The notes: a model not told the origin generated them from the sequence alone. DNA of 64,000 nucleotides from Clostridia bacterium (GCA_045660545.1 JAZREA010000021.1:2511-66510), one strand, 5' to 3'. Positions 27,723-38,222 are shown, numbered from the stretch's first letter. Numbers and translations are program-made.

Positions 27723-28613
27723 TCAATATAAAAAATTCTTAAAAACATACCCTACAAGTAACAAAACCGTCGGAATGTTCAAAAACGAAAGCGGCGGCCT
27801 GTATATAGCGTTGTCCTCTATACTCTCCATAGTCCTTACGTCGTATATCTGATATATCGCAAAGAATATTACCCCAAGGCCCAACACCGCCACAAGCGCC
27901 AAAAAGCCAACACCGCTAAGCTCGGTGTAAATATTCATAAAATAGTCCAGAAAAACCCCGCACACGTTAAAAGAAAAATGCACAATAACCGCGGCCAAAA
28001 CCGACCCGGTCATCAACACAACATACGCGAGTATCATTCCTATAAGCAAATGTCCCAAAAACGAAGAAAAGTCGTTGTGCAAAAGCGCAAACGCCAAAGA
28101 CGACACCACCATAGCCGAAAAAGTGCCGTACTTATAAACCGAATCAAGCACCAACCCTCTTACAAGGAACTCTTCGAAAAAAGCAGGAACCAGTCCCACC
28201 ACCAAAACCATCATCATAACCTCTGCCAAGTCTGACGGGGGCCTTGATATAACGCTCAGCTGTTCTCCCTTGATACTTTGCACAAATATACTAAGCGGTA
28301 TATTTATCAAAATCGCCACCGGCTGAGAAAACGCACCCAGCAAGACACACATCGCACCCTGCTTTTGTGTAAGGGCGTTTGTTTTAAAGGTGGCCTTAAA
28401 GTCCGCGCGCCTGATTGCAAAACCCAAAGCACAAGGCACACCCACAGCAACAATCTGCGTAAGCAGTATGTATATAACATCGGTCACCGTCTCGCTGTCT
28501 AAGCGGATATATTTCCCAACAACAAACGATATAAAAAACTGAAGGTAAAACGCCGCCGCAACAAGCCAGCTGCATAAATTGTATGAAATTTTTCTGCTTT
28601 TGTTACTCAACAC
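27723..28613 (-). CDS. CPBP family intramembrane glutamic endopeptidase (CAAX protease-like)
   Basis: Polytopic protein with motifs EEFLVRG, FALLH and HFSFN. Confidence 0.8.
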   Translation of the reverse strand: MLSNKSRKISYNLCSWLVAAAFYLQFFISFVVGKYIRLDSETVTDVIYILLTQIVAVGVPCALGFAIRRADFKATFKTNALTQKQGAMCVLLGAFSQPVAILINIPLSIFVQSIKGEQLSVISRPPSDLAEVMMMVLVVGLVPAFFEEFLVRGLVLDSVYKYGTFSAMVVSSLAFALLHNDFSSFLGHLLIGMILAYVVLMTGSVLAAVIVHFSFNVCGVFLDYFMNIYTELSGVGFLALVAVLGLGVIFFAIYQIYDVRTMESIEDNAIYRPPLSFLNIPTVLLLVGYVFKNFLY

Positions 28614-28623
28614 AAAAACCTTC

Positions 28624-29175
28624 TTATCTGTACATTATAGCCTTTGCAACCTGCTCGGAGGCCGACTTATCCTTTATATACTCCAAAATCGCAAGAGAAA
28701 AGTCCATAGCCGTTCCCATACCTCTTGATGTAATAACGTTTCTGTCTGTCACAACGGCATCTTCGCAGTACTCTGCTTTGCCCATAAGCTGCTCAAAGCC
28801 GGGGTAACTTGTCGCCTTAAAGCCGTCTAAATATCCATATTTGCCCAAAACGCTCGGCGCCGCACATATAGCGCACACAAGCTTGTTGTTTTCAAACATA
28901 TGTTCTAAAAGATGCTCGGTATCCTTGTTGTTTCCTAAGTTTTCTGTTCCTTTAAGCCCACCGGGCAAAATCACAGCATCAACAGAGGAATAGTCGATGT
29001 TTAAAATCGTGTCGTCAGCGTCCACTAAGATGTCGTGCGCTCCGCACACACAAAGCTCCTCCGTAATAGAAAAGGTCTTAATATCAACCCCTCCACGCCT
29101 TAAAACGTCGACAGGAGTAAGCGCCTCTATCTCTTCAAATCCGTCTGCCAATAACAAAGCTACCAAAAAAATCAT
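28624..29175 (-). CDS. DJ-1/PfpI family protein
   Basis: 183 aa with LPGG and the nucleophile elbow AICAAP. Confidence 0.8.
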   Translation of the reverse strand: MIFLVALLLADGFEEIEALTPVDVLRRGGVDIKTFSITEELCVCGAHDILVDADDTILNIDYSSVDAVILPGGLKGTENLGNNKDTEHLLEHMFENNKLVCAICAAPSVLGKYGYLDGFKATSYPGFEQLMGKAEYCEDAVVTDRNVITSRGMGTAMDFSLAILEYIKDKSASEQVAKAIMYR

Positions 29176-30047
29176 CTCCTGATTACTTTAAATTTTTCGA
29201 CCATAAAGGCCGGTCTGTATGAAAGCTTCGCCTTTTTTAAACCTTCAAGTCCGCAGTCGTCCTCTCGGTTTATATATTTATACTCGCTCCACTCGTTTTC
29301 GGCGAACATCTGGTTAATCGCAGCATAAGAGCCAACGTAATTTACATCCGCCTTTTCGACGTGGATTACAGCTGTTTTGTCGTTTAACTTCTCGCCGAGA
29401 GTAAAGGCGACAATCTTGCCGTCTACCTTTAACATCGCGCCCTTGATGTCGAGCGTGTCAAGATTTTTAACCACGTCGGAAATCGAGTCGTACTCTGCCT
29501 TTAAATACTTGTTGTCAAGCTCCGCCCAGCCGTCGTACGCAGACATAATCGCGTCGTGGTCCGAGCTTTTGATCGGCAGATATTCGTATTTATAAGTCTT
29601 TTTAAATTTATTCAAGTGGTTTTTCTTCGCGTGCAGCTTCTTGCCCGCAAGGGTAATGAGGCTTTCCGTTTCGTAGACGTAGTCGGAATATTTACTCATA
29701 TCCTGCACCTCAAAGTTTGAAGTGTTGTCCTCTATAAAATCCGCCACATCACGAGTAACGCCGTAAAACTGAGGCCTCTCACCTATGCTCTCCATATAGT
29801 CGCACGCAAGCTCCGCCGCACGGAGCCTGTCTCCGTTACCTACGGGAAAGCGAAGCCCCGCAGGGTTGTCGCCATCCTTCGTCCACAGCACCAGGCAGTC
29901 TTCTATGATTGCGTACCTTGTGCTATACGCCTTTCTCCATATATAAAGGCTGCCAAAGGCCATCTCGCACCCCATATTTTGCTCTGTTTTAAGATAACTG
30001 TTTATAATGTCCTTGTCCTCAAGCTCAACGGGCTTAAAGTCGATCAT
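29172..30047 (-). CDS. DUF2156 domain protein (stand-alone homologue of the MprF aminoacyl-transferase C-terminal domain)
   Basis: 291 aa. N-terminal pattern FKPVELEDKDIINSYL...CEMAFGSLYIWRKAY is typical of this family. ATGA overlaps on both sides. Confidence 0.6.
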   Translation of the reverse strand: MIDFKPVELEDKDIINSYLKTEQNMGCEMAFGSLYIWRKAYSTRYAIIEDCLVLWTKDGDNPAGLRFPVGNGDRLRAAELACDYMESIGERPQFYGVTRDVADFIEDNTSNFEVQDMSKYSDYVYETESLITLAGKKLHAKKNHLNKFKKTYKYEYLPIKSSDHDAIMSAYDGWAELDNKYLKAEYDSISDVVKNLDTLDIKGAMLKVDGKIVAFTLGEKLNDKTAVIHVEKADVNYVGSYAAINQMFAENEWSEYKYINREDDCGLEGLKKAKLSYRPAFMVEKFKVIRR

Positions 30048-30700
30048 ATATTCATCACCAATTCGTATATTTCGTTGCCAATTTCTTCCGGGCTTCTAAG
30101 AGCGCCGTCACGAACGCACTCAATCACCTTCCAGCCGCACTTTTTCGCCACATAAAGCGCGTTTTCGTAAGACTTTTTAATAAAATCCTGGTTGCTTTCG
30201 TGTATATCCTTTTGCTGCTGGCCTGTAATCTTGTTGTTTCTGTCCTTCATAAGCTCGCGGCTGACATCAGGAGGCACGTCTAAAAAGATTACCAAGTCAG
30301 GCCTTGGAAGCTTCAAAAGCCCATACTCGTAGTCAAAAAGCCACTTTAAGTAGTCGTCCTTTTCCTGACCAACAAGCTTGCCTGCCTGATGCACTGCATT
30401 AGATGTTGTGTAGCGGTCGCAAAGGATGAACAGACCGTCGTCGTAGTCGCGCTTCCAGTCTTTTAGGAAGCTTCCTACCCTGTCAACAGCATAAAAGCTC
30501 GACGAAACGTAGGCTCCTACGTCCTCGGGCTTTTGCCCGAACTGCCCGCCGAGATACATCTTTACAAGCGCAGAAGTGTCGCTTTCGTAGTCGGGGAAGG
30601 TTAATTTCCTCACCCTCATTTTTTCACTCAGCTTGTCGTACAAAAGCTTGGTCTGCGTCTGCTTTCCGCTTCCGTCTACGCCCTCTATAACAACTAACAT
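30044..30700 (-). CDS. tmk: thymidylate kinase-like (dTMP kinase family)
   Basis: P-loop [16 protein letters not shown] and the DRY motif (CDRYTTSN). 218 aa. Confidence 0.75.
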   Translation of the reverse strand: MLVVIEGVDGSGKQTQTKLLYDKLSEKMRVRKLTFPDYESDTSALVKMYLGGQFGQKPEDVGAYVSSSFYAVDRVGSFLKDWKRDYDDGLFILCDRYTTSNAVHQAGKLVGQEKDDYLKWLFDYEYGLLKLPRPDLVIFLDVPPDVSRELMKDRNNKITGQQQKDIHESNQDFIKKSYENALYVAKKCGWKVIECVRDGALRSPEEIGNEIYELVMNI

Positions 30701-31446
30701 AAATACTTCTCCCTTTTTTCAGCCATCTTTCCGCAAGACATCTTGCCCTCGGGGCATTTTCCCGCCACGCATGAAGGACCCGCGTACTTAAACAAAGTCG
30801 GAGCGACCTCTTTTACAAGCCTTAGCATCTCGTCGGCCATAGCGCGTATCTCCCACTGTGCTCTTTCGCAGCAGCGGTGCCTGAACATATTCATAAGCGA
30901 GCGCGCGTTAAAGGTCATAACAATCTTGGTTTCACAAGCGTTTGGTAAAACAAACCTTGCGTCCTCAATCGCCATCTTCTCGGCAGCCTTTTCTTCAACT
31001 CCTGCCGATATGTGATTTTGCTTTAAAATCTCGGTTAAGCTGTCGTACTGCTTTTGCAGATTTTCCATAGTCGAAATATAAATTTCGCTGGCCCTTTTGT
31101 CCTTTTTAATCTCGGGCGGCACTATGTATGAAAACTGTCCCTCTGTAACATACCTTTGCGACTTAACGCTGTAACTTGCAAGTCGGTGCCTTGTAATCTG
31201 CGCCAAAAGCGACCTGCTCACGCCCTCTACACCAAAGGTAAAGGTAACGTGCTCAACAGGGCTTTCGTGGCCCAAATCCATAAGCCTTTGAATAAACTTT
31301 TCCGTCTTTTCATCATCAAGACCCTCATGTATGTGCTCAATATCCGAAGAAGAGTAACAAAGCTTCGCAGCCGTAGCCACAATCCTCTCCGGGTCCGCGG
31401 TATGTGCAAGTAACTTAACTTTAAGATTAGTTTCCATAACCTTCAC
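30694..31446 (-). CDS. thyX: FAD-dependent thymidylate synthase ThyX
   Basis: ThyX motif [15 protein letters not shown]. 250 aa. Confidence 0.9.
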   Translation of the reverse strand: MKVMETNLKVKLLAHTADPERIVATAAKLCYSSSDIEHIHEGLDDEKTEKFIQRLMDLGHESPVEHVTFTFGVEGVSRSLLAQITRHRLASYSVKSQRYVTEGQFSYIVPPEIKKDKRASEIYISTMENLQKQYDSLTEILKQNHISAGVEEKAAEKMAIEDARFVLPNACETKIVMTFNARSLMNMFRHRCCERAQWEIRAMADEMLRLVKEVAPTLFKYAGPSCVAGKCPEGKMSCGKMAEKREKYLC

Positions 31447-31464
31447 AGCCTTTCGTACAAACTT

Positions 31465-32166
31465 TTATATATATTTTCTCCCATTTATTAACACATCAAT
31501 CATAAAAAGAGGAAGCTTTGCCACTCTGGGAAGCCTCTTTTTAGGCTCTTTGAGCGTTCTGTAAAGCCATTCTACACAAAGCTTCTGGTATATTTCGGGC
31601 GCTCTTTCCACCTCGCCCGCCAACACGTCGAGCGTTCCTCCGGCGCCGATACTAAGCGGCACGTTAAGGTCGGCGGCGTTTTTATAAATCCACCTCTCCT
31701 GCTTGGGCGCGCCAAGGCACACAACCAAAACGTCAGGCGCCTTTGCCTTTATATCCTCTATAATCTCTTTGTCGTCCTTAAAATAGCCGTCGTGGCATCC
31801 GACAACGTTTACGCCCTGCTTTATCATATTATCCATCGCTTTTTGTGCGACACCGGGCCTGCTGCCCAAAAAGTAGTAGCTTTTACCCGTCTTTAAAACC
31901 TCACAAACAAAGTCAAAGCCCGCTACCCGCTCCGTAACAGGATGTCCCAAAATCTTAGATGCTATCACAACCCCTATTCCATCGGGCAGATTCATATCGG
32001 ACGAGTTGATAATTTCCCTTAACTGCTCGTCCTTTTTACACTCTAAAATTATCTCGGGATTAGGAGTAAAAACGGTGTGAACTCCGCCGTCAAAAAAGCT
32101 CTTCGTCTTATCAATCGCCTCTTTCATTGTAAGCTTATCCACACGAACACCCAATATGTTTACCAT
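31465..32166 (-). CDS. WecB/TagA/CpsF family glycosyltransferase
   Basis: 233 aa with MNLPDGIGVV and GAPKQERW motifs. Confidence 0.8.
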   Translation of the reverse strand: MVNILGVRVDKLTMKEAIDKTKSFFDGGVHTVFTPNPEIILECKKDEQLREIINSSDMNLPDGIGVVIASKILGHPVTERVAGFDFVCEVLKTGKSYYFLGSRPGVAQKAMDNMIKQGVNVVGCHDGYFKDDKEIIEDIKAKAPDVLVVCLGAPKQERWIYKNAADLNVPLSIGAGGTLDVLAGEVERAPEIYQKLCVEWLYRTLKEPKKRLPRVAKLPLFMIDVLINGRKYI

Positions 32167-32190
32167 ATATTTTCCTCCGTAATTAAAGGC

Positions 32191-32832
32191 TTAATAACCC
32201 ATCTCTTCGTTTACGAAAATCACGTTGATTCTTGCAGGAGCAGCCTGTTTTGAAGTAACTACATAATGTCTGCAAATCCTCTGCGGTGAGTCACATCCTT
32301 TACCTATTCCGCCCTCTAAGTCAACGCAGTGGCCCTTTACTGAGCAAAACGTCTTTTTACCAAGACGGTTACAGTTTTTAGGCGCAACCACAGTCTTAAC
32401 GCGAAGCACCGCCTCGTCTATATTTTTAACAATCTTATTGGTGCTTACAATCATAACGACCTTTTTAGGACCAAAGGAAATCGCCCCCACTCTGTTGGCG
32501 TTACCGTCTACGTTATAGAGCTCGCCGTCTTCTGTAACAGCGTTGGAGCTGCAAAACAAAGCATCTGCAAAAAAAGTTTTTCTGAAAACTTCTTCAATCT
32601 CCTCCTGTGTAAGACCGGGAGTATATCTGTCAAGGAATGTATATCTTCCGCTTCTTAAATGTTCCAACACGCCCGACTCGGAAAGTGTAACCGAGCCGCC
32701 TACCGCAACGGTTGCGCCTGCGGGAACGAGCTTTTCTATAAGCGGTATAATTTCTTCCTTTGTCTCTAAGTAATAAGAATCTATATTATTCTTTTTTAAA
32801 TTGTCCATCGTTTTTTTAATTTTATCTGTCAT
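32191..32832 (-). CDS. LUD-domain (YkgG/LutC-like, DUF162) protein
   Basis: 213 aa. The pattern VAVGGSVTL...FCSSNAVTEDGELYNVDGNANRV is typical of lactate-utilisation-like LUD proteins. Confidence 0.6.
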   Translation of the reverse strand: MTDKIKKTMDNLKKNNIDSYYLETKEEIIPLIEKLVPAGATVAVGGSVTLSESGVLEHLRSGRYTFLDRYTPGLTQEEIEEVFRKTFFADALFCSSNAVTEDGELYNVDGNANRVGAISFGPKKVVMIVSTNKIVKNIDEAVLRVKTVVAPKNCNRLGKKTFCSVKGHCVDLEGGIGKGCDSPQRICRHYVVTSKQAAPARINVIFVNEEMGY

Positions 32833-32929
32833 GCCTACACCCCCACGTATAATTATACATTATTTTTAAAAATCATTCAATACATATTTTAACAATTATT
32901 GGGAAAATATATTAGCGGAGGCAAAAAAT

Positions 32930-34423
32930 ATGAAAATTTTTAACGACATACAAAAAAACGCAGAAAAAATCAAAGAAATAATGTCCATCCCTCTGTCGAT
33001 TGATGCGATTTTCAGAGAATTTAGCATATACCACAACAACAAAGAAATAAAAGCCTTTTTAGTATATTACGAGGGTGTCGCATCCGGCCCGAGAATAGAC
33101 GAATTTGTGTTGCAATCCTTGCACCTCGTGCAAAAAAATTCAAACAGCGACTTAAAAAGCGAAATCGCAAGCCGTCTTATATCCGCAAACCAGCTTAGCA
33201 TAAAGACAGATTTTGAAGACGTTATGGAAATCGTCAACTATGGCGGTTGCGCAATCTTTGCAGACGGCATAGACGTAAGCTATGTAGCAGACGTAAAAGG
33301 GTGGGAGCGCCGCGGAATATCAGAGCCCGTGGCGGAAAACGTAATACGCGGCTCGCAGGAAGCGTTTATCGAAACAATGCGTATAAACACAGGGCTTATA
33401 AGACGTCTGGTGCGTCAGGAAAAGTTGATTTGCGAAGCTTTCAGCATAGGCTCTAAAAGTCATACTCCGTGCAGCCTTTTGTACATCAAAGACACCGCCC
33501 CCAAAGAAACGATAAACGAGCTTCGCCGACGCATCGAGGCGATACAGACAGAATATATAACAGACTCGGGCGAGCTGGAACAGCTTATCGAAGATTTCAG
33601 CTTCTCCACGTCTCCCCAGGCTCTTTCGACGGAACGTCCCGACCGCGCGGCAGCCGCACTTATGGAGGGAAAGGCGGTTGTTGTACTGGACGGCACCCCC
33701 TTTGTGCTTATAATGCCCATTTGCGCCTTCGACCTTGTTTCCACCCCCGAAGACAAGGCTCTACGGTTGCCGTACGGCAACCTTGTTCGCCTTATGAGGC
33801 TGATAGCTATGGTGATATCCCTGCTTTTACCTGCGGTTTTTGTGGCGGTGTGCAACTTTCATCCCGAAGCAATACCCGTCCACCTTATGTTTGCAATCTC
33901 ATCGTCACGGAGCGCAGTTCCCTTTTCTTTAATAACAGAGCTGATACTCTTTGAGATTGCGTTTGAAATTATCCGCGAGGCAAGTATTCGTATCCCCTCC
34001 TCCGCAGGCAGCGCGATAGGGATAATAGGCGGACTTATAATAGGCCAGGCCGCGATAGACGCAAGGCTTGTCAGCCCTATCGTCATAATTATAGTCGCCC
34101 TTACGGGAATCGGCTCTTTTACGATTCCAAACTATTCGCTCACCTTTACCTACCGGATTTTAAAGTACGTCTACATCTTAGTTGCAGCAACAGGCGGACT
34201 TTTGGGCGTGACTTCGGCGATTGCAGTACACCTTGTGGCGCTTTGCAACAGTCAGTCTCTGGGCGTGCCGTTCCTTGCGCCGTTTAGCGATATAAAGGAC
34301 AAGACATCTTCGCGCCTTTTTGTAAAACCGATATGGAGAAGATATTCATACAAAAACCCAAGAAGCTGGGCAAGAGGCACCAACAGCACTATAACAAATG
34401 CAGAAAAAATAGATATAGAATAA
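32930..34423 (+). CDS. spore germination protein, GerA (A subunit) family
   Basis: 497 aa. Soluble N-terminal half followed by a C-terminal TM bundle, with typical motifs (GWERRGISEPVAENVIRGSQEAFIE, TERPDR). Confidence 0.85.
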   Translation: MKIFNDIQKNAEKIKEIMSIPLSIDAIFREFSIYHNNKEIKAFLVYYEGVASGPRIDEFVLQSLHLVQKNSNSDLKSEIASRLISANQLSIKTDFEDVMEIVNYGGCAIFADGIDVSYVADVKGWERRGISEPVAENVIRGSQEAFIETMRINTGLIRRLVRQEKLICEAFSIGSKSHTPCSLLYIKDTAPKETINELRRRIEAIQTEYITDSGELEQLIEDFSFSTSPQALSTERPDRAAAALMEGKAVVVLDGTPFVLIMPICAFDLVSTPEDKALRLPYGNLVRLMRLIAMVISLLLPAVFVAVCNFHPEAIPVHLMFAISSSRSAVPFSLITELILFEIAFEIIREASIRIPSSAGSAIGIIGGLIIGQAAIDARLVSPIVIIIVALTGIGSFTIPNYSLTFTYRILKYVYILVAATGGLLGVTSAIAVHLVALCNSQSLGVPFLAPFSDIKDKTSSRLFVKPIWRRYSYKNPRSWARGTNSTITNAEKIDIE

Positions 34424-34433
34424 AGGTGATTTT

Positions 34434-35504
34434 TTGGAAACGTCAACTCGTTTTAGTAAAACAGAGCTAATCTTAGTAGTCTCAAACTGTGTGATATCAA
34501 AGCTCTTTTTGACATATCCGGGTATGTTTACAACTCTTTCCGCCTCGTCGGGAATTATACTTTCGGCTGTAACGGTGATTTTTGGCTGGCTGTTTATTGG
34601 CGCAACGGCCTACCTCTACGGCAAAAGGCGAACAGACATTACAAAAATGCTTAAAAACAAGAACTTTACAAATATACTTTGCATTTTGTTGTCGGTAATG
34701 CTTGTTATAAACCAGACACTTTTTATAAAAACCGTTACGGAAGGGTTAAAGACAAGCATCCTGCCCGACTCTCCCGCAATTTTCATAACCTTATTTTTCG
34801 TCATAACCGTGCTGATTTGTTCGGTTACAGGGTTAAAGGCTGTTGTAAGGGCGCATTCCTTTGTAGTGCCGTTTACTCTTGCAATGCTTGTTCTTTTAAT
34901 TATCTCTTCGGTCAAAAACTTCGACATCTTAAACATCTTCCCTGTTTTAGGCAACGGACCCGAAGAACTTATATATATTCTGCCCGTGTCGTCGTACTTT
35001 GCCGATTTTTTGATATTATCGCTTTTAATTCCTTTTTCGTCCGAAAACACAACGTACAAAAGCGTCGCAATCCCAAGCCTTGTTATATCCTCGGCAGCGT
35101 TAATCACCGTAATCGCAGCGTACACTCTAACGGTTCCGTACACTGCGTCAGATACCGCCTTTGTGCCGATTTACAAAATAGCTCAGTATATAAATTACGA
35201 AAGCTTTATGTCCAGATTAGAATCGATATTTACTGTGGGCTGGCTTCTTAGCTTTGTTATGTACTCATCGTTGTCTCTTTATGTGGCGTCTATGCTTATG
35301 GGCAGGGTTTTCGGCGCGAAAAGGTACAGGCCATTTATGTACCGCTTTGCGCTTGTAATCACTCTTTTGTCCATTATCCCAAAAAACACCGTGCAGTTAA
35401 CAAGGCTTACGGGGGAATATTCCTCTGTGCGTTTTGCGGCAGGGATGTGTCTGCCGATAGCACTGCTTTTAATCACAAGGTTTAAGGAGCGACGCACAAA
35501 ATGA
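34434..35504 (+). CDS. spore germination permease, GerAB (B subunit) family
   Basis: 356-aa protein with about 10 TM segments, APC-like. TTG start behind AAAGGTGA. Position in a gerA-type operon. Confidence 0.75.
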   Translation: METSTRFSKTELILVVSNCVISKLFLTYPGMFTTLSASSGIILSAVTVIFGWLFIGATAYLYGKRRTDITKMLKNKNFTNILCILLSVMLVINQTLFIKTVTEGLKTSILPDSPAIFITLFFVITVLICSVTGLKAVVRAHSFVVPFTLAMLVLLIISSVKNFDILNIFPVLGNGPEELIYILPVSSYFADFLILSLLIPFSSENTTYKSVAIPSLVISSAALITVIAAYTLTVPYTASDTAFVPIYKIAQYINYESFMSRLESIFTVGWLLSFVMYSSLSLYVASMLMGRVFGAKRYRPFMYRFALVITLLSIIPKNTVQLTRLTGEYSSVRFAAGMCLPIALLLITRFKERRTK

Positions 35505-36598
35505 AAAAACTTATAACAACGGCCGTCCTTTTGCCATCTTTGTGCTTTATGCTTGGCGGCTGCTACGACTCCAAGGAAATATCCAAAACGGCGTTTGTAA
35601 TGGCGATAGGCTTTGACATGTCGGACGAAGGGGAGAAAATATACACCTTCCAGACTGCGAACCCGTCAGCGTACGAGGAAGGCTCGGACGAGCCTCCTGT
35701 AAGTTCGTCTTCTGTTAAGGCAAAAACCCTCTTTGCCGCCATGGACGAGATTAATTCAAACATCCCGAAAAAGCTTGACTGTTCCCACATAAAGCTTGCC
35801 GTTTTTTCAAAAGACTATTTAAAACGCGGGATTAAAAGTGAAATTAACGCTATGTTAAACACCCCCTCCTTTCACCCTAACACAAGGGTTGCGATGTCTG
35901 ACGGGGAGGCGTCGGAATATCTTAACAACGTCCAAATCCCTCCCGACACCAACCCGGCAGAGTACTATGAAAACATTTTTAAAAACGACTACACCTCTAT
36001 TATTCCGGACGTACGGCTAAGGGATATGGTTAACAAGTACGACGTTTCTGTATGCAGCGTGGTGCTGCCGATAATATCTGCGGACGAAACGAAGGGCAGT
36101 ATGGCAATTTTAAAGGACTTTTACCTTGGCGCCCTTGCCGAGCCGGACGAGCTTCAAAGCTACAAGCTCCTGACGAAAAACGATTTTGAAGGCAATTTTT
36201 ATATAAAAATCCCAAACACCGACAAATACGTTGTAACAGAGCTTACGCAAAACAAAAAGAAAATTAAAGTGGCTTTTGAAGACAAAACACCCGTAGTAAG
36301 TGTGGACATAGAGCTTGAAGGCAGCGTCCTGTGGTCGGAGTCCAAAGAAAGCCTTTTTGCAGACGACGCATCTTTGGAGTCTCTTACACAGCAACAGATA
36401 AGGGACAGTCTTTACAAATTTTTAAACAAGTGTTCCAAAGATTACAAGGCAGATATACTAAACATTTCCTCCTTTGCAAGAAAAAATTATCAAACCATAA
36501 AGGCGTGGCACAGCGAAGACTGGCAAGGCCTGTTTGAAAAATCAACATATAAAGTAAACGTCAGGGTAAAGATAAAGCGTGAAGGCGTAACGATATAG
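35501..36598 (+). CDS. Ger(x)C family germination lipoprotein
   Basis: Lipobox LGGC followed by YDSKEI, the typical GerC N-terminus. 365 aa. ATGA overlap with the B subunit gene. Confidence 0.85.
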   Translation: MKKLITTAVLLPSLCFMLGGCYDSKEISKTAFVMAIGFDMSDEGEKIYTFQTANPSAYEEGSDEPPVSSSSVKAKTLFAAMDEINSNIPKKLDCSHIKLAVFSKDYLKRGIKSEINAMLNTPSFHPNTRVAMSDGEASEYLNNVQIPPDTNPAEYYENIFKNDYTSIIPDVRLRDMVNKYDVSVCSVVLPIISADETKGSMAILKDFYLGALAEPDELQSYKLLTKNDFEGNFYIKIPNTDKYVVTELTQNKKKIKVAFEDKTPVVSVDIELEGSVLWSESKESLFADDASLESLTQQQIRDSLYKFLNKCSKDYKADILNISSFARKNYQTIKAWHSEDWQGLFEKSTYKVNVRVKIKREGVTI

Positions 36599-36624
36599 AA
36601 ACTTTAAAAAGGCGAGGTATAAAA

Positions 36625-37956
36625 ATGAGCATAAAAAACAAAATTAACGAAAAGCACATACTGAGCATTCTGGCGATATTCGCAACCGCTGTATCGGCAT
36701 TCGCAATATACCAGTACAACGTCAGCAACAAGTATAAAGAAAAGGTCGAAAACACATACCAAAAGTCCTTTACAGAGCTTGTAGACTACGTGGGCAACAT
36801 AAACGTTATTTTAAACAAAGCTCTTGTAACCAACACAGCCGCAAAGCTCGTGGAATTTTCGGAAGATTTGTGGTCGGAAACTGCGCTTGCAAAATCCGCT
36901 CTCGGCCAATTACCAACCAGCAACACCGAGCTTTACAAAACCTCCAACTTTATAACACAAGTGGGCGACTACGTGCGCTACTTAACGCGCAAGCTTGTCG
37001 GCGGAGGGACTATTACCACGGAGGACAAGGAACAAATTTCCTCCCTTGTAGATTACTCAAACTCCCTTAACAAAAGCCTGAAAAACATGGAAACCGACTT
37101 TATAAACGGCGACATGTTACTGTCGGAAGAAAAGACCAAAACAGTGTTTTCCAAAAGCCGCGTCGCAAGCATTAACGAAAGCTTAAAATCCGTGGAAAAA
37201 AGCTTTGAAAGCTACCCGACGCTGATTTACGACGGGCCGTTTTCCGAGCATATTTTAAACAAAACTCCGGAAATTTTAAAGCAAAAAGAGGTCACAAAGG
37301 ACGAGGCAAAAAAGGTTGCAGAAAAGTTTTCGAACATGCCTCTTTCATATATGACTGACACCAAGGGAAACATACCTTCGTATATATTTTGCGACGACGA
37401 TAACAAAATCTGTGTAGAAGTTTCCAAAAACGGCGGCAAGGTCGTTATGATGACCAACAGCGAAGAGATTAAAAACCCGCAAATAGAAATAAACGAAGCA
37501 TCAGAATACGCAAAGTCGTTTTTATCCTCACAAGATTACAAGGATATGAAGCAAACAGGCTTTGAAACAGACGGAAACACAGTCGACTTTGCCTTTGCCC
37601 ACACATTGGGCGAATACACAATTTACTCCGACCTTGTTAAAGTAAAGGTGTCACTTCACGACGGCATGATATGCGGCTTTGAAGCGAACGGATTTTTGTG
37701 CAACAACGTAGTCCGCACCGCGCCCGAGCCAAAGTACACAAAGGAAGAAATCAGCAAAAATGTAAGCAATATGGCAAAAATAGAGAAAATAAACCTCGCC
37801 CTAATCCCCAAAGACTACGGCAAAGAGGTGTGGTGCTACGAAATTAAGGCATCAAGTAAAGGAAAAATTTTCCTAATCTATATAAACACACAGACAATGG
37901 CCGAAGAAGAAATAATGATGATGGTACAAGACCCAAGTTTAAGTATGACGATTTAG
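36625..37956 (+). CDS. ypeB: germination protein YpeB-like (N-terminal TM, C-terminal PepSY-like domains)
   Basis: 443 aa with an N-terminal anchor. The TLIYDGPFSEH motif is typical of YpeB. Confidence 0.7.
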   Translation: MSIKNKINEKHILSILAIFATAVSAFAIYQYNVSNKYKEKVENTYQKSFTELVDYVGNINVILNKALVTNTAAKLVEFSEDLWSETALAKSALGQLPTSNTELYKTSNFITQVGDYVRYLTRKLVGGGTITTEDKEQISSLVDYSNSLNKSLKNMETDFINGDMLLSEEKTKTVFSKSRVASINESLKSVEKSFESYPTLIYDGPFSEHILNKTPEILKQKEVTKDEAKKVAEKFSNMPLSYMTDTKGNIPSYIFCDDDNKICVEVSKNGGKVVMMTNSEEIKNPQIEINEASEYAKSFLSSQDYKDMKQTGFETDGNTVDFAFAHTLGEYTIYSDLVKVKVSLHDGMICGFEANGFLCNNVVRTAPEPKYTKEEISKNVSNMAKIEKINLALIPKDYGKEVWCYEIKASSKGKIFLIYINTQTMAEEEIMMMVQDPSLSMTI

Positions 37957-38054
37957 TGATTTTTTCTACTACTTCGTTTTAATACCTTAATATACTTCGT
38001 ACTTTTACAAATAATATTCTTGCAACAAAATATTAATGTAAAAGGAGCGTGTTT

Positions 38055-38222
38055 ATGATGAGCAAATCCAAAATGTCTTCGGCTTTAAAGACCGAAATCG
38101 CAAAAGAGCTTGGTGTATATGATATAGTGAAGAACGAAGGTTGGGGAGCTGTGTCCTCACGCGACTGCGGCAACATCGTAACAAAGGCAATCGAAATAGC
38201 GGAAAAGTCAGTACAGAAATAA
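38055..38222 (+). CDS. small acid-soluble spore protein, alpha/beta type
   Basis: Not in the ORF track (55 aa). Sequence: MMSKSKMSSALKTEIAKELGVYDIVKNEGWGAVSSRDCGNIVTKAIEIAEKSVQK. The two conserved SASP blocks (K.EIA.ELGV and SR..G..V...I) are present. AAAGGAG RBS. Confidence 0.8.
   Translation: MMSKSKMSSALKTEIAKELGVYDIVKNEGWGAVSSRDCGNIVTKAIEIAEKSVQK

Noticed and set aside
37957-38054. A search for a sigma-G/sigma-F-type forespore promoter upstream of the SASP gene, and likewise for a sigma-E promoter upstream of spoIID at 51690-51745.
   Set aside because: Only partial -10-like matches were found (CAAAATA and CATATACT). No correctly spaced -35 element could be identified, so no promoter is called.
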